Below are positions 36,668 to 50,830 of a DNA stretch of 64,000 bases, piece by piece. The stretch's first letter is position 1, and each line of letters begins with the position of its first letter. The translations under genes and the position numbers were made by a program. Under the pieces are notes generated by a model. That model worked only from the letters and a program-made list of their open reading frames with translations, was not told the DNA's origin and did not search any database. Source of the stretch: Camelus ferus (lineage: Eukaryota); assembly GCF_009834535.1 (NCBI RefSeq), contig NC_045697.1:112656001-112720000 (forward strand), given 5' to 3'.

Positions 36668-38102
36668 GTTTTTTTTAATTTTTTTTATTGAGTTATAGTC
36701 ATTTTACAATGTTGTGTCAATTTCCAGTGTAGACCACAATTTTTCAGTTATACGTGAACATACATACATTCATTGTCACATTTTTTTTTCACTGTGAGCT
36801 ACCACAAGATCTTGTGTATATTTCCCTGTGCTATACAGTGTAATCTTGTTTATCTATTCTACATTTTGAAGTCCCAATCTGTCCCTTCCCACCCCCTGCC
36901 CTTGGCAACCACAAGTTTGTATTCTATGTCTATGAGTCTGTTTCTCTTTTGTATTTATGTTCTTCTTTTTTTTTTTTTTTATTTAGATTTCACATATGAG
37001 CGATCTCATATAGTATTTTACTTTCTCTTTCTGGCTTACTTCACTTAGAATGACATTCTCCAGGAACATCCATGTTGCTGCAAATGGTGTTATGTTGTCA
37101 TTTCTTATGGCTGTATAGTATTCCATTGTGTAAACATACCACTTCTTATTTATCCAGTCATCTGTTGATGGACATTTAGGCTGTTTCCATATCTTGGCTA
37201 TTGTAAATAGTGTTGCTATGAACATTGGGGTGCAGGTTTTTTTTTGAAGTAGGGTTCCTTCTGGATATATGCCAGGAGTGGGATTCCTGGGTCATATGGT
37301 AAGTCTATTCTTAGTCTTTTGAGGAATCTCCATACTGTTTTACACATTGGCTGTACCAAATTGCATTCCCACCAGCAGTGTAGGAGGGTTCCCCTTTCTC
37401 CACATCCTCTCCAGCATTTGTCATTTGTGGACTTTTGAATGATGGCCATTCTGACTGGTGTGAGGTGACACCTCATGGTAGTTTTGATTTGCATTTCTCT
37501 GATAATTAGTGATATTGAGCATTTTTTTCACGTGCCTGTTGATCATTTGTATGTCTTTCTTGGAGAATTGCTTGTTTAGGTCTTCTGCCCCATTTTTGGT
37601 TTGGGTTGTTTGTTTTTTTCTTATTATGTCATATGAGCTGCTTATATATTCTGGAGATCAAGCCTTTGTTGATTTCATTGTTTGCAAAAATTTTCTCCCA
37701 TTCCATAGATTGTCATTTTGTTTTGCTTATGGTTTTCTTTGCTGTGCAGAAGCTTGTAAGTTTCATTAGGTCCCATTTGTTTATTCTTGCTTTTATTTCT
37801 ATTACTTGGGTAGACTGCCCTAGGAGAACATTTTTCAGATGTATGTGAGATAATGTTTTGCCTATATTTTCTTCTAGGAGATTTATTGTATCTTGTCTTT
37901 TGTTGAAGTCTTTGATCCATTTTGAGTTTATTTTTGTGTATGATGTAAGGGAGTGTTCTAGCTTCATTGATTTACATGCTGCTGTCCAGTTTTCCCAACA
38001 CCATTTGCTGAAGAGACTGTCTTTATTCCATTGTATGTTCTTGCCTCCTTTGTCGAAGATTAGTTGACCAAAAGTTTGTGGGTTCATTTCTGGGCTATTC
38101 TG
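36668..38102 (-). mobile_element. Young 5'-truncated L1 (same subfamily as 9079-10835)
   Basis: ORF2 C-terminal fragments ([45 protein letters not shown]); poly-T at 36669; perfect 15-bp TSD tggaacctctagaca (36653-36667 / 38103-38117) next to a TT/AAAA endonuclease site on the minus strand. Confidence 0.95.
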
Positions 38103-38527
38103 TGGAACCTCTAGACATTTTTTAATACAACACAGAAATTTAGAAAAATTCTATATAGATAATTGAAAAATAATTCTTTCTGAGTCTTTTTTTTCTTATA
38201 TTATTGTATTTGAAACACATAGAAATCCTGCATAGCTAGAAAATTGTTAAACAATGTGTTATATACTGGACCTTTGACTCAGTCACTAAGTTGAGTTCCA
38301 AATGCCTAAAACAAGACCAATATTCAAGTATGTACATTTCTTAGGTTTTTACACTTCTGTAATATTCAAAGACAGGTTTGGGAGGATTCACTGTTTTGCA
38401 AGATGCCAATTTCCAATATTATTTCAACCAGTCTTCCTACATGTTGACCACAACCCAGCAGGAGATTTTTGTTGTGCACAGGAGCATAGAGAATGTATAG
38501 TAATGACAAGAGCGTCTTGATTTGTAA

Positions 38528-38616
38528 CATTGTCATATTCCCCCCCACCATCGCTGTGAGCTACCACAAGATCTTGTATATATTTCCCTGTGCTATACAG
38601 TAACAGTGTAAAATCT
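38528..38616 (-). mobile_element. Isolated internal L1 3'-UTR fragment without poly(A)
   Basis: 38554-38601 matches 36792-36839 at 47 of 48 nt. Confidence 0.85.
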
Positions 38617-40196
38617 GGACATAGTATTGTATTAACTTATCTAAATCATGAAGTGATTCTTAAACAAAGCTATATAATTTTGTGTAATATGGAGTGATCA
38701 TTGGGTTACTTTTATTGAATAGCCTTAATGTTTTCTTACCTTAACAAAATAGACTTTTATAATGTTCTTTAATAGATAAATTGTTGGAAAATGCTCTCTT
38801 ACTTTGTCTATCCTCCTTGAGTTGTCTGACAGAAACTATCTGGGGAGAGTTTTCAGCAGTAGCAACATATAATATGTAACTTGCATTTTTATTTGATGAT
38901 GAATTCTGGGGTCAAAGAAAGCAAGAGATCAAGGGTCCCGGGGCGAAGCTTACCCCTGCTCTGAAACCACGGTCTCTTTGGTCAGGGCTTTACTTCTCAG
39001 CCTACTGAATGAGCACAAGAAATCTGTCTGCAGCTTGTCCGAGCAAATCCTTTGGGTGGTTCCTGTTATTGGGAGTTCCCATTGCCAAAGGTCATGAAGC
39101 ATCTTTACAGCAAATGCCCTAAAGCATACCTGCTGTTTGCACCTGGCAGCAGCTCAGAAGCCCTAGATAAGCCTGCATGAAACAAGTTATCATGGGTATT
39201 GATTATGATTAAGCAATAAAGTGTGACACCTAGGTATCATTCAACTCACTCCTATAATTCCTGAACTACCATTCCTTCCTGGGTTTTTTTTGCTTCTCTA
39301 GATCCTTTTTTCTTTTCTTTGACTACAGCAGCCTTGCTCCTTTTAAGCTACTGTTTCAAGCTTCAGGCATTTCCTGTGCATTATGGATTAAATTTTAAGA
39401 AGCTGTTTAGTCCGTTGTAAAGCATCTATTACATGTTACTGAAAAGGTGTAGTCAGGAATCAGGCAACAGGGCGTAATGTCATATTAGAGCTTTCTCTCT
39501 ATTTCATATGACTCTATTCTGGGGGAAAAAAATTCTCTTAAGGTGCATGCCTTGAGCATACAGGAAATCTTTGGAAGGATATAAAGTCCACCAAAGTCTC
39601 TTTTTATTTTACTGTGTCAAAAAACAAAGTTTCTTTTTCTTCTTTTAACATCAGTTCAAAGTTTTTCTTCCACAATGAAGCAGAATACATTGTAAATGTC
39701 AAATTTATCTTTACATGGCTCTTCACAGCTGCTGTTTTAAAAATTACTATTTGCATATCCAAATTTAGCTCTGAGAGAATCAGTTCCAAATTACACATTT
39801 GTTTATGTATATACATGTATGTTCTTTTCTCTTTTATGGTGAAATTAGCGACATTAGAACTCTGTGAAAGCTCATAATTTTTGATGCATTCAAATTAAGT
39901 TTTGGTTTTCTCTTTTAGCATCAACTGTTGGATAGTTTTCTATATCTTATAGTCTCTCATTTGGTGCCAGCATCCTATTTATCATGAAAGTAGTTTGCAG
40001 TTTTTGTCATATCCTGGCAAAATGACCTTCTCTCTTTACGACTTCAATTTTAACTTACCTTTTTATACCATTCTTATATGTCATGTATGTAGACAGTGTT
40101 AAAAGAGGGTTCAGCCCTGGGTAATGTTTTTGCTTGTCATTAACATGTGGACAATATTTTCTGTATTGTGGAGGCCTGCATTTCTTCTTCCTATTT

Positions 40197-40560
40197 TAAT
40201 ATTCATCTAATATTATTGAGTATCTGCTGAGTGTTATGATCTGGTTTTGGCCCTGAAGATAGAAGAGATTCATTGGAAAACAGCTTCACCCCTTTCTCAG
40301 AGTACCCTCAATGTAGGTAGGGAGGCAGACAATGAACAAACAGCAATGCAATGCAAGAGGCTCTCTGGTGGTGGAGTAAATAAGCTACCAAGCTCTCACA
40401 GACAGGGAAGCAAGTATGTAACCAGGCAAGATATTGCAGGGTTACTGCTGGAGTAGTTTCTTATAGACTGCATGACAAAATTATGGGAGCTGGGAAAAGA
40501 CATCACAAGGAGAAAAATACAGATAAGGGGCCACAAGGAGACTTACAAGTGTCAGCTTCT
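40197..40560 (-). mobile_element. L2 3' fragment
   Basis: 'attcatctaatattattgagtatctgct...gtagggaggcagacaatgaacaaac'. Confidence 0.6.
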
Positions 40561-42829
40561 CAGGAAACAAAAATTAAAAAGTAATTTATTGACAGTGAAT
40601 GTATCTTTTATCATTTTGAATTTGGGCATTGATTTATCATCAATTAAACTATGATATTCAAAACCCAGATATTACTGAATATTTAAGGACATGTAATTTC
40701 TGAGAATGGCAAAGAGTCATTTGTGGCAAATAAATGTACTATAAAAAGAAAAATCTTGGTAATTGATATCTGAGTTATTAGTCAGGTCAAGTGTCCATGA
40801 TTTTAAAAAAAAGACTCAGTGTATACACTAGTATACTCAATCATATTTTGGATATTGAAATGTAATTCTGATTAGGTCACACATAATTTTAATGTTAAAA
40901 TAAGTAAATTCTACTATATTATGGATACTGTATGTTCAGTTAACCTCAGATATGGAAGGAAATCCACAAGTAGGCTTCCATATGTTTCATTTGACAAGAT
41001 TTTGTTTAAAAACCTTATATTTACCATGATTATTACTGATTATTAAAAACTTAAAGAAATTGGATAACAAGTTTAAATTTAATAAAATACTAGAACTGTA
41101 TTGCCTTTTTTCTTTATTTTATGCATTTATCACTACTGGAGAGGGAAGAGGGAGATTCTTTGGGAGTGAGTACTAAGAATTTACTGATTTTTGATATATA
41201 CTTGCAACTAAGAAATCTACTTATTTGCCAATCTACTTACTTGCAAAAGAAGTCTGAGTGAACTACCAAGATATATTTGGAACGTCAGGTAAAAAATACA
41301 GGCAAAAAAGATGTACCCCAGTGGTTGATGACATTCAAACATTAATAAACGTTCAGATTTACACTAAGTATGTAAAATATATAGTAGAAACATTAGAAAA
41401 TATTAAATTATACTGTTTTCTAGTTCCCTAAATGCAAATGTAAAGAGGGAAACATGTAGCTCTTCTAGAAGAGTGACAGTGTCCAAAAAATAAAATCTCT
41501 CTTTGATTATAAAAAATTGAGTAGAAATTTCAGCTGGTAAGATAGAAAAGGAAATGAATAGAGGTTCAGAGTCCCTTAGCATGGACAAAACAAGGAAAGT
41601 GGTCTAGAAAGTTATTTTTAATTAAGAGTTTTGCAGAACTTAGGGGAAAAAACTACATTTATGTAAATGATAAAAGTTCCTCTAATAAACCTAGAAATTC
41701 AAGCACATCTGTATTTATATCCTCATACATTTTTCACATGTTAGCGATGCAGAATTTTGTGTATATTAAATAATGCAGTAACCCAATGGTAATGGTTTTA
41801 AGTGGGTCAATGAAAGGTGTTTAAAATATTTGATGTGAAATGTTCTATAGCATCTACTTGTTACAAAGGCATATGCCTTTCTGAAACTTCCCTTGAGTAA
41901 TGAGTAACATAATCCTCTTGAAATGAGCTCAAAGTTCAAGAGAATTTGAAAGGAAACCAATCTTCCTGAAAGCTGTATTTTCAGGCTCAATGAGGATGGT
42001 AAAAACTACATATTTGAAATTTTAAGCAAAACATCTAGACATTTCAGTGACTTTCAAGATGGAGACATAAATCTAGGGGATGGATGACAAAGTTATTACA
42101 ATCAGAAAATTTCACATGGCGATGCTTTTTCTCAATAAATATATACATAAAATATATTTACTATGAAATCAATGGCTTGCTATACTTTTTATGATAAAAA
42201 GATAGATAAGATGTTTTCACACTGGAGAAAGTTAGAAGCCCATATTTTATTTAAACATCTTTAAATGTGTTCATAAAGCTACTCAAGAAACTGAAGTTTC
42301 TTTTTTGTTTTTGTTTTCCTTCTTACACAATTACATTTTCATATCCTTGGTAAACAGACTTCTTGAACATGTCTGGTTCACATAGCAAATGTATTCTTCA
42401 AAGACACTGCACACTAAATTTTAGGAATTTCAATCTTTCACTAAATTTCCTCATTTCTACAGAGATGAGGGTGGAAGTTAGCCTATTTTCAACCCAGTGG
42501 TGATTAATTTATTTGGAGCTTTAAGTAAAACCAATTTGGTCACTTTTGAATCCCAAACAAGTAATACATATTTTTCTGCCGACCTCTTGTAGTTACTTTG
42601 TTTATTTCTCCTAAGAAGGTAAAAATAACTTGCATCAAAATGCCTACCTTCACTTGCCTTTCTTTGTGCTAAGTGCCTGAACCATGTAATTTAGACCAAT
42701 TTGTCAGAGTAATTAAATCATTTGTCTTTGGACGTGTGCACTTTTCTTCTGGCTATTGATTAGAACTGTTTGGAGAAATGGAGTGTAGTTTTCACAGACC
42801 TGAAAAATAGAATCCATGTTTCAGTTTTG

Positions 42830-43426
42830 AAAACAAACTTTCTAAAAATTGTGTAACTGTTCTAGATTTACAGAAAAGCTCACTTAATACAAAGAGTTCC
42901 CATACACTCTGTATAGTTTCCCCTCTGAGCACCTTACATTAATCTGGCATAATTGTTACAATTAATGAACTAATGTTAATACATTAAAATTAACTAAAGT
43001 CTGTACTTTATTCAGCTTCCCTTCATTTCTACCTAATGTCATTTTCCCAGCATCCCATTCAGGATACATCCCATCTAACCGCATGCCTTCTCATCTCCTC
43101 TGATCTGTGGCAGTTTCCCAGACCCACCTTGTTTGGTGGCCTTGACAGCCTTGGAGATTATTGGTCAGGTATTATATAGAATGCTCCTCGATGGTTCCTC
43201 ATAATTTTTCTGATTCTTAGACTGGGATTACGGGGGAGGAAGATCCCAGAGGTAAAGTACCATTTTCATCACATCTAAAAAGGGTACATACTATCAACCT
43301 GACATCATTGTTGGTGTTAACCCTAGTAACTCGACCAAGGTGAGGTCTGTTGGGTTTCTCCACTGTGATGTTAACTCGTCTTTTCCATCTTTCCATATCG
43401 TTATTATATACTGTTGCTATACACTG

Positions 43427-43462
<36 letters not shown>

Positions 43463-46400
43463 GTATACACTGTATATATATACACACACACTATATACTG
43501 TATATACATACACACATACTATATACCATATATACTATATATTATACTCTGTTACTTTATACTGTCTGTACTGGAGTGGGGAATCATGCTCCTCCTCAGC
43601 CTTTGAGAGTGGACTATCTGCATAATTTATTTAGAATTCCACATGAGAGATTTCTCTCTTCCCCATTTATTTTGTATTCAGTTATTTATATCACTATAAA
43701 TTCATAGGTATTTAATTTATGCTTTGGGTTATAATCTGATATATATAATACTTTGTTTTGCTTGGTTCAGATTATTCCAACTGCAACCATTGACAGTGAT
43801 TTTGTTTGGCTTCTATGTCCCTTTGGCATATACCCGTCATTGCGTTTGATTGGTCGGTGGTTCGGTTGGTTTTTTGTTTTGTTTCTCAGCATTTCCGTAC
43901 TTTCTGGCACTGCAGGTTGCTCCAGGCTCATCTTGTATATTTCCTGCCCCAGTCCTGGAATCAGCCATTTCTCCAGGCAGCCCTGGTCCTTTTTATTGGA
44001 GAACAGTATTAGAAACCAAAATCTAAGCGCGAGATATATTCCTTGCTGGAGGAGTGTCTGCTTCTAAGTCCTCTCAGCTGACAGAGCAGAGAGGTATCTG
44101 CATATGTACTAATCCTTGTGCATACACATGTTTTCAAATATTTCTACATGTAGTTAAGCTAAATGTGAGTTCATACTGATGTCGCCAACTCTAATCATAG
44201 TGATGTTTTCATCTCTAATACCACATGGCACCTGGCTTCTCCCTCTGCTTAACTGCAACCTCCCACTCCAACACTGAGAAGCCTGGCCCTCATTATCTGC
44301 CAACCACTTACTTAATTGCTCCATCCCAGCCTACCTGTCTAGCTGGGTACCAGAGCTGTCAACTCGTACCTCCACGTGGACAGCTATATGAGCGGCAACA
44401 CAGTGCTGATGTGCAATTACTTCTTGCTTTTAATCTTAGAGACTCCACTCTCTCTGAAGTACTTAGGTCAGCACAGTTTCCCGCATACTTTTCTGTGAGG
44501 TCATTTCATATCTTTGTCACATATTTAGATTGTATTTTTCACATTCCGTCTTGGGATCTCCCAGCCTTTGAAATGATATGTTTTAATTCGTGTACATTTT
44601 CAGGTTTACACTTTGTACTGTGAAGTTTTATAGATTTGCACAAATGTGTTTCTAACGCGCCCACCATTACAGTGTCCTACAGAATGTTTTCACTGCCCTA
44701 TCACTGTTTATTTCACTGTTCCTGTGATTTTTCCTTTTCCGGAATGGCATGTAATTGGAATTATACATAAATTTGCCCCTGTCGGACTGGCTTCTTTAAC
44801 ATGATAATATACTTTTAGCATTCACTCATTGCTTTTTACGGCTTGATAGGCCATTTCTTTTTATCTCTGAATAATGTACCATTGTATGGATGTACCAGAA
44901 TTTATTTATCTATTCACCTATTAAATGATATATTGGTTTCTTTCAGCTTTTAGCAATTATGAATGAAGCTGCTATAAACCTTTGTGTACAGGTTTTTGTG
45001 GAAACATAAATCTCAAGTCAGTTGGGTAAATAGCTACAAGTGAACTCATGTTTAGCTCAATTACATGTAGAAATATTTATAAACGTGTATGTACACAGAC
45101 CAGTACATATACAGATGGTATGTATTTGGTATATGGTAAATCTAAATCTAAATATAAAATCTAAATCTAACTATATGGTAATATTTAGATTTGTTTAAAA
45201 AAACTACCAAATTGTCTTCCAAGGTGGCTGCACCCTATTGCATTCCCACCGGGAATGAATGAGAGTTCCTGTTGCTCTGTATCCTTGGAGAACGTTTGGT
45301 GTTATCAGTTGGGTTCAAGCCATTCTAATAGATGTGTAGTGGTATCTCGTTGATTTAATTTGCAATTCTCTAATGACGTATCATGGTGAGCATCTTTCAT
45401 ACGCTTATTTGTCACCTGTATTTGTGAGGTGTCTGTTGAGATCATTTGGCCATTTTTCACTGGGTTGTTTGTTTTCTTATTGATTTTAAAGAGTTCTTTG
45501 TATATTTTAGATACAAGTTCTTTATCCAATATGTAGTTTTCAAGTATTTCCTCCCAGTCTATGGCCTCAGTTTTCATTCTCTTAAAAGTCTTTTAAGGAA
45601 TAGAGGTTTATAATTTTAATAAATTCTAACATCAGTTTTTTCTTTCATGGATCATGATTTTAGTATCTTGTCTAAGACTTCATTGCTGAAGCCAAAGTCA
45701 CTCACATTTTCTCCTTTGTTTTCCTCTAGAAGTTTTATAGTTTTCACTTAAATTAGGTCTGTGATCAATTTTGAGTTAATTTTTGTGGAAGATGTAAGAT
45801 TCTGTGTCTAGATGTGATTTTTCACGTGTGAATGCCCAGTTCTTCCAGAACCATTCATAGAAAAGACTATCTCTTCTCCATTGAGTTGCTTTTGTTATTT
45901 TCAAAGATGAGTTGATAATAATTATGAGTTTATTCTTGCACTCTCTATTCTGTTCCGTTGTTTTATACATTCATTCTTTTGCCAGTACCACTCCGAATTG
46001 ATTACTGTCACTTCATGGTAAGTTTTGAAAGCGGGTAGTGTGAGTCCTTCAGCTTTCTCCTTCTTCACTATCGTGTTGGCTCTTTTAGATGTTTGCCTTT
46101 CCATATAAGCTTTAGAATAAACTTGTCAATATCTACAAAAACAGCTTATTGGGATTTTGATGGAGGTTGTGCTGAATCTATAGCTCAAGTTAGGAAGAAC
46201 TGACGCCTTATCACTATTGAGCCTTCCCATCTGTGAACCCCAAATCTGTCTGCATTTATTTAGATTTTCTCTAATTTTTACAATCAAGACATTGTAGTTT
46301 CCCACAAAGATCCTTTAATTATTCTATTAAATTTTTACCTAAATATTTGTTTTTTGGGTGCTATTGAAAATGGTGTTGCTTTGCTTTTCAAATTTCAGAT

Positions 46401-47860
46401 TCCAGTTGTTCACTGACAGTATACAGGCATTTGGGTGCATAGGAAAGCAGTTGACTTTTGTGTATCAGCTTTGTATCCTGCAGCTATGTCTTCTGCTTTG
46501 TTATCTTTATTTCTGCTGCTGCTATTTCAGCTATGCAAATGTTAAATCTTTTGAAATAATCAGACAGTTCTTGCGTGTTCTGCCTTTTTTTTTTTTTTTC
46601 ATTCTCTTTGCATTTCAGTTGGGAAGTTTCTACTCATTTGTTGTCAAACTCATTGATAGTTTTCTTGGCCCTCTCCAGTCTGTTGATGAGCCTATCAAAT
46701 GCATTCTTCATTTCTGTTACAGTGTTTTGATTTCTATCATTTTCCTTTGATTCTTTCTTGGAGTTCCTACCTCTCTACTTACCCTACCCATCTGTTCTTG
46801 TATGCTGTCTACCTTTTCCATCGCAACCCTTAACGTATGAAGAATTGATTTTTAAATTCCCTATCTGATAATTCCAATATCTGTCATGTCTGAATCTGGT
46901 TCTTGTGCTTTTTTCCATCTCTTCAAACTTTTTTCTTTCTTCCTTTTTGGTATGCTTTCTAATTTTTTTTTTTTTTTTGGTTGAAAATCACATGTGTCAT
47001 ATTAGGTAGTAGAAACTGAAGTAGATGCACAGGAAGTGAGTGTCTGTTATTCTGGCCAGAAATTGGGCTGTATTTACTGTTTGCTACAGCGTCTGCTACC
47101 AGATGCCTCAGATTCTTCTAGCATCCTGTGTCTATCTGTTCTGTTGACTCTGAATCTCCCTAAGAGCTCCTTCTCAAAGAGAGTTTGCACCCTGCAGTGT
47201 GCTCAGTTGTAATCTGCTATTATCATCCAGAAGCCCTGCTGGTACAGTGGTAAGTTATAGAAGAGGGGCTGTATTCTGTAATTGTATGATTGAGTCTTTT
47301 AGCGGGCCTGTGTTTCTGGGCTGTGGTCTTCACAAGTCTTGCTTAGTTTCCTAGAAAGGCCTGGAGTGGGGGCAATGCCCTTCACTCAGGTAGGTTACTA
47401 TGACTGTGCTAAGATACTGTCACTGAAGGATGAGTCTCTAGGACATTTCTTGATGGTTACTCTCCCCTTCTCCCCACTAGTGCCACAGTGGTGTCTTTCT
47501 CAGCTGTTCACATGAGATCTAGCCAAGTTTCCTGGTGGCAAAACTCAGGAAAGGTGGGGCCTCCACTAAGAACGCAGCTCCCAGGAAATTCTCATTCTCA
47601 ACCAAGTCCATAGTGTGCCTCCAGTAATACATCAAAATCATTGGTGCTACCAGCAGCGTATGGTTCTAGCAGCTTCTCTGTGTGTATTCTGAAACTGCCC
47701 AAAAGTCTCTGTATGCATCTGTCTCGCTGTGTTTGGGGGCGGTGTTTTTTATCCCTACCACCTCATTCTCTAATGGTTCCAAGAAAAAGCATCAATTTTG
47801 AGTTTGTTCAGCTTTATCTTTTTGGAAGGAGAGTGATGATCCCTAAGCTCTTTACATGAC
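42830..47860 (-). mobile_element. Long old L1 (L1MC/L1MD-like): 3' UTR, ORF2 remnants and probable ORF1/5' remnants
   Basis: 3' end 'tagatttacagaaaag...gagttcccatac...attaatgaactaatgttaatacatt'; ORF2-like peptides at 45305-46104 (GLTLPAFKTYHEVTVINSEWYW; DSLFYEWFWKNW); may be more than one element. Confidence 0.82.
43427..43545. repeat. Compound (TA)/(CA) low-complexity repeat inside L1
   Basis: Directly visible. Confidence 0.9.
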
Positions 47861-48370
47861 AGAGTTTAAACTCTAAGCCCCTCCCACTTCACTCTTTATG
47901 TCTCCATGACTGGCCCGACATGTGTGCTGAATGTAGAGCCAGCCCCACGACTTCCTGGAGAGGCTCCTTAGTCACAGCTAAGGAGCAGCTCCCCCATCTG
48001 CGGTGCTGGGCTGGGCGTGCCCTTCCCTTCACCTGTGATGGAGTCTGTTCAGACTGGAGGAGTCACTGCTGTTACTCGGTTTCCCGAGGTAGCCAACCTC
48101 GGAGCTGTCCCTCCTCCTTTTCTAACAACCTTAGTGTTATAGCTCACACTGCTCCCAAGACTGGCTCTCCCAAGCCCTTCTCTCTGCGCTGCCCCAGCAG
48201 AGGGGCATGGGAGCCCCCTTCTCTTTATTTACCACCAGGCTTCCTTACAAGGCTAGAGGAACTTATAAGACCTCCCAGAAAGATCTGTGCTTCTAAAAGG
48301 GCTTGCAAGGGAGAGGAAGAGTTTTTAAAAAGACAACTATATACTAAATATATCTTTCCTATAGTCTAAG

Positions 48371-48960
48371 TGTTCCCGGAGAATAGCTTTTTGCCTAATG
48401 TAGGAAAGAATTCAGGAGCAAGGCATAGTAAAATGAAAGCAAGTTTATTTAGACAGCTATACACTCCATAGACAGAGTGTGGTCTGTTTCACGCAGAAGG
48501 GAAAGCGACTTAGGAGATACACACTCCTTAGGCAGAATGTGGGCCATTTCAAAAGGTGAGGGAGCGAGAAGCCGAGAGGTGTTGGATGCTCAGTTTAAAG
48601 TAAAAGTAGATACACACTCCATAGACAGGGTGTGAGCTGTTTCAGAAAGCCAGAGAGAGAGTAACCACGAAGTGTGGACTTGCTAGTTTTTATGGGCTGA
48701 GTAATTTCACATGCTAACGAGTAGGAGGATTATTCCAACTATTATGAGAAAGGGCAGGGATTTCCAGGAACTGGGTCCCACCCACTTTTGCCCTTTTATG
48801 GTCAGCCGAGGCACTGTCATGGCACCAGTGGGTGTGCCGTGAGGCTCAAGGTCTACTGGAATTCGATCTTCTGCCATCTTGGTTCTAACCAGTGTGTCCT
48901 GTCCTCATTGCTGTGTCATTCCTTCAATGGCTGTGCCCTGCCCCCTTCCCTCCTGTCTCA
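48371..48960 (-). mobile_element. ERV1-type solo LTR with internal triplicated unit
   Basis: TG...CA ends, TSD taag/caag, 'aggaaagaattcaggagc', tttatt at ~48444, ends 'ccctcctgtctca' like the 26 kb copy. Confidence 0.82.
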
Positions 48961-50559
48961 CAAGCAAAAAGCGCTTAAGGATTTAAACCTTCACTATAAG
49001 TCACCTTATAGTTGTTCCCAGTTTCTAACTTAACTCAAAAGTGGAGACCCATCTTGTCCTATCACTGATTTTACTATGAACAGTTACGTATTGGGCTCTG
49101 TATCAGTTAGCAGTCCCCATCCTACCGTCCAACAGGGAACCTCTCTCCAGCTGAGAAAGCTCACAACCTACTCAGAGAAATCAGAAGGTCCCCAGGACCT
49201 ATTTCCATTTCATAGCAGTAAATTTAATATAGTTATCTAATCTGCAGACTGTCTGGTCTAAAGACTTCCAAAATTCATCCCCAGCAGGCAGTCCTTGGTG
49301 GTGGCAAGGACTCGAAGTCTTCAAGGACAATTCACAGGTATGTGTGAGCCCTTCAGAGCATCCAGGCAGGCATCCAGAGTAGCAGCTGGTGTGAGTTTTA
49401 GGCATGCAAGTTATAGTCTTTTGAGGATCAAGGGAGTACTCTTGGAAAACACACACACACACACCCCATCCTAAGAAGCAAACAATTCTCAGAGGTATTG
49501 GAGCCACTGAGGAAGGGAAGCATACTTCTAACTACCCCCTCCTTCCCTTACTTGCAAGTTGTTCCTTTCATCATGGAGGTGGGACTTCATTGTTATTCTT
49601 GGGGGAAGAGTGTTTGGTCTTCAAGACTTCTATTCCTCAGTGACACATAGTTAAAGCAAATAGCCACATCTCTAAATTTTCTGATGGAAAAAAAAATCTC
49701 TAAATTTTTCAAATCTTTAGACAAGGACTCTTCTCAAGTCTCAAATTTGAGGATGGTTTTCTAGATGAGTGGAGGTGGGGGAAGCTGTCTCTGTTCCTTG
49801 TATGTGGTGAAGAGGGGAGGCCTTGGCTGGGCTCCTGACTCCCCTACAGGGGATGACATGGAGTGGACAGAATTTTAGGAAGGAAACAGTTGCAGAGGTA
49901 GACAGACAAGGTAGAGGCAGGCAGCTGCGTTTTTTTTTTATATGGAAAAGAGTTCTTATTTTAAGACTGAATCACGTTAGACTTGGGGTGCTGTAAGATC
50001 TGTATAATAAGCTTCACCTGGAGAAACGGCCTTGGCTTTCAGCCCACCGGGCTGCACGGCTTCCAGGGGCACAGCTCACATGGTGTTTGTGTGAAGAGCC
50101 CCTTGGAGCAGGGTGCCATTTACACGCATTACAGTGGGGCCTCCTGGAGCCGTGTGAGGCAGCTGGCAGCTGCGAAAGCCCTTGGCTTGGAGAGAATTGT
50201 AATTTTCATGTAAATTATTTGGAATCGTATTTTCTTCGGAGAACTGTCCAGAATCAACCTTCTCCTTCGGCTGATGCTAAGTCAAACATCTTTCCTCAGA
50301 GTGTGGATAGTACTCATTGCCCTGCTTGTTCCCCAAAGTTGGTCTACTTGTCAGTTTCCCCTCTACCTCTAAGCTCCCGATCTCTTTCATCTCTTTACCA
50401 ATAGTTGCAAGCCCAGTGTCTGGTGCAAAGGAAGTGTTTAATAAATGTTTCCTGCATCAAAAGTAAATTATTCTCTGTGATACATACCCAACTGCCTTGC
50501 TTTTTTTTTCTTCCTAATTTGGATTTGCTGTCAATTTAGTTCACAGAGAATGCACTGTG

Positions 50560-50830
50560 CTCCTATTTATTAAATTAAATGTCTGCTAAGAGCAGCATAT
50601 TAAAAATTAAGCTTAGTTAAATCTCAATTTCCTGCGATCATCATAGAAGTTGCTCATTGCTGCTTCTCATATTAGCTTGGTTCAGTGGTTAGACGGTAAT
50701 TAACATGAATACTTAATGACCACTTTCCTATTCTGATATATTGCTAATGATCCTTACAGTTTAAAGTGCATTAGGGTTAATTATAAATGTTCATAATTTG
50801 CCTCCCCTTCTGACTGACAGTATGTTCTTA
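50560..50830. promoter_or_regulatory. Candidate conserved non-coding enhancer
   Basis: Non-repetitive; dense TAAT/TAATTA sites and TGACTGACAG; conservation not testable here. Confidence 0.3.

Noticed and set aside
47920..48369. 149-aa ORF
   Set aside because: No recognisable domain; lies between an L1 and an LTR; length is compatible with chance.
48455..48660. CRISPR-like repeat-spacer pattern
   Set aside because: Eukaryotic DNA; three degenerate units with irregular spacing inside an LTR; no cas genes.
49080..50000. Possible ancient LTR fragments
   Set aside because: Only vague similarity; family and boundaries cannot be supported by eye.
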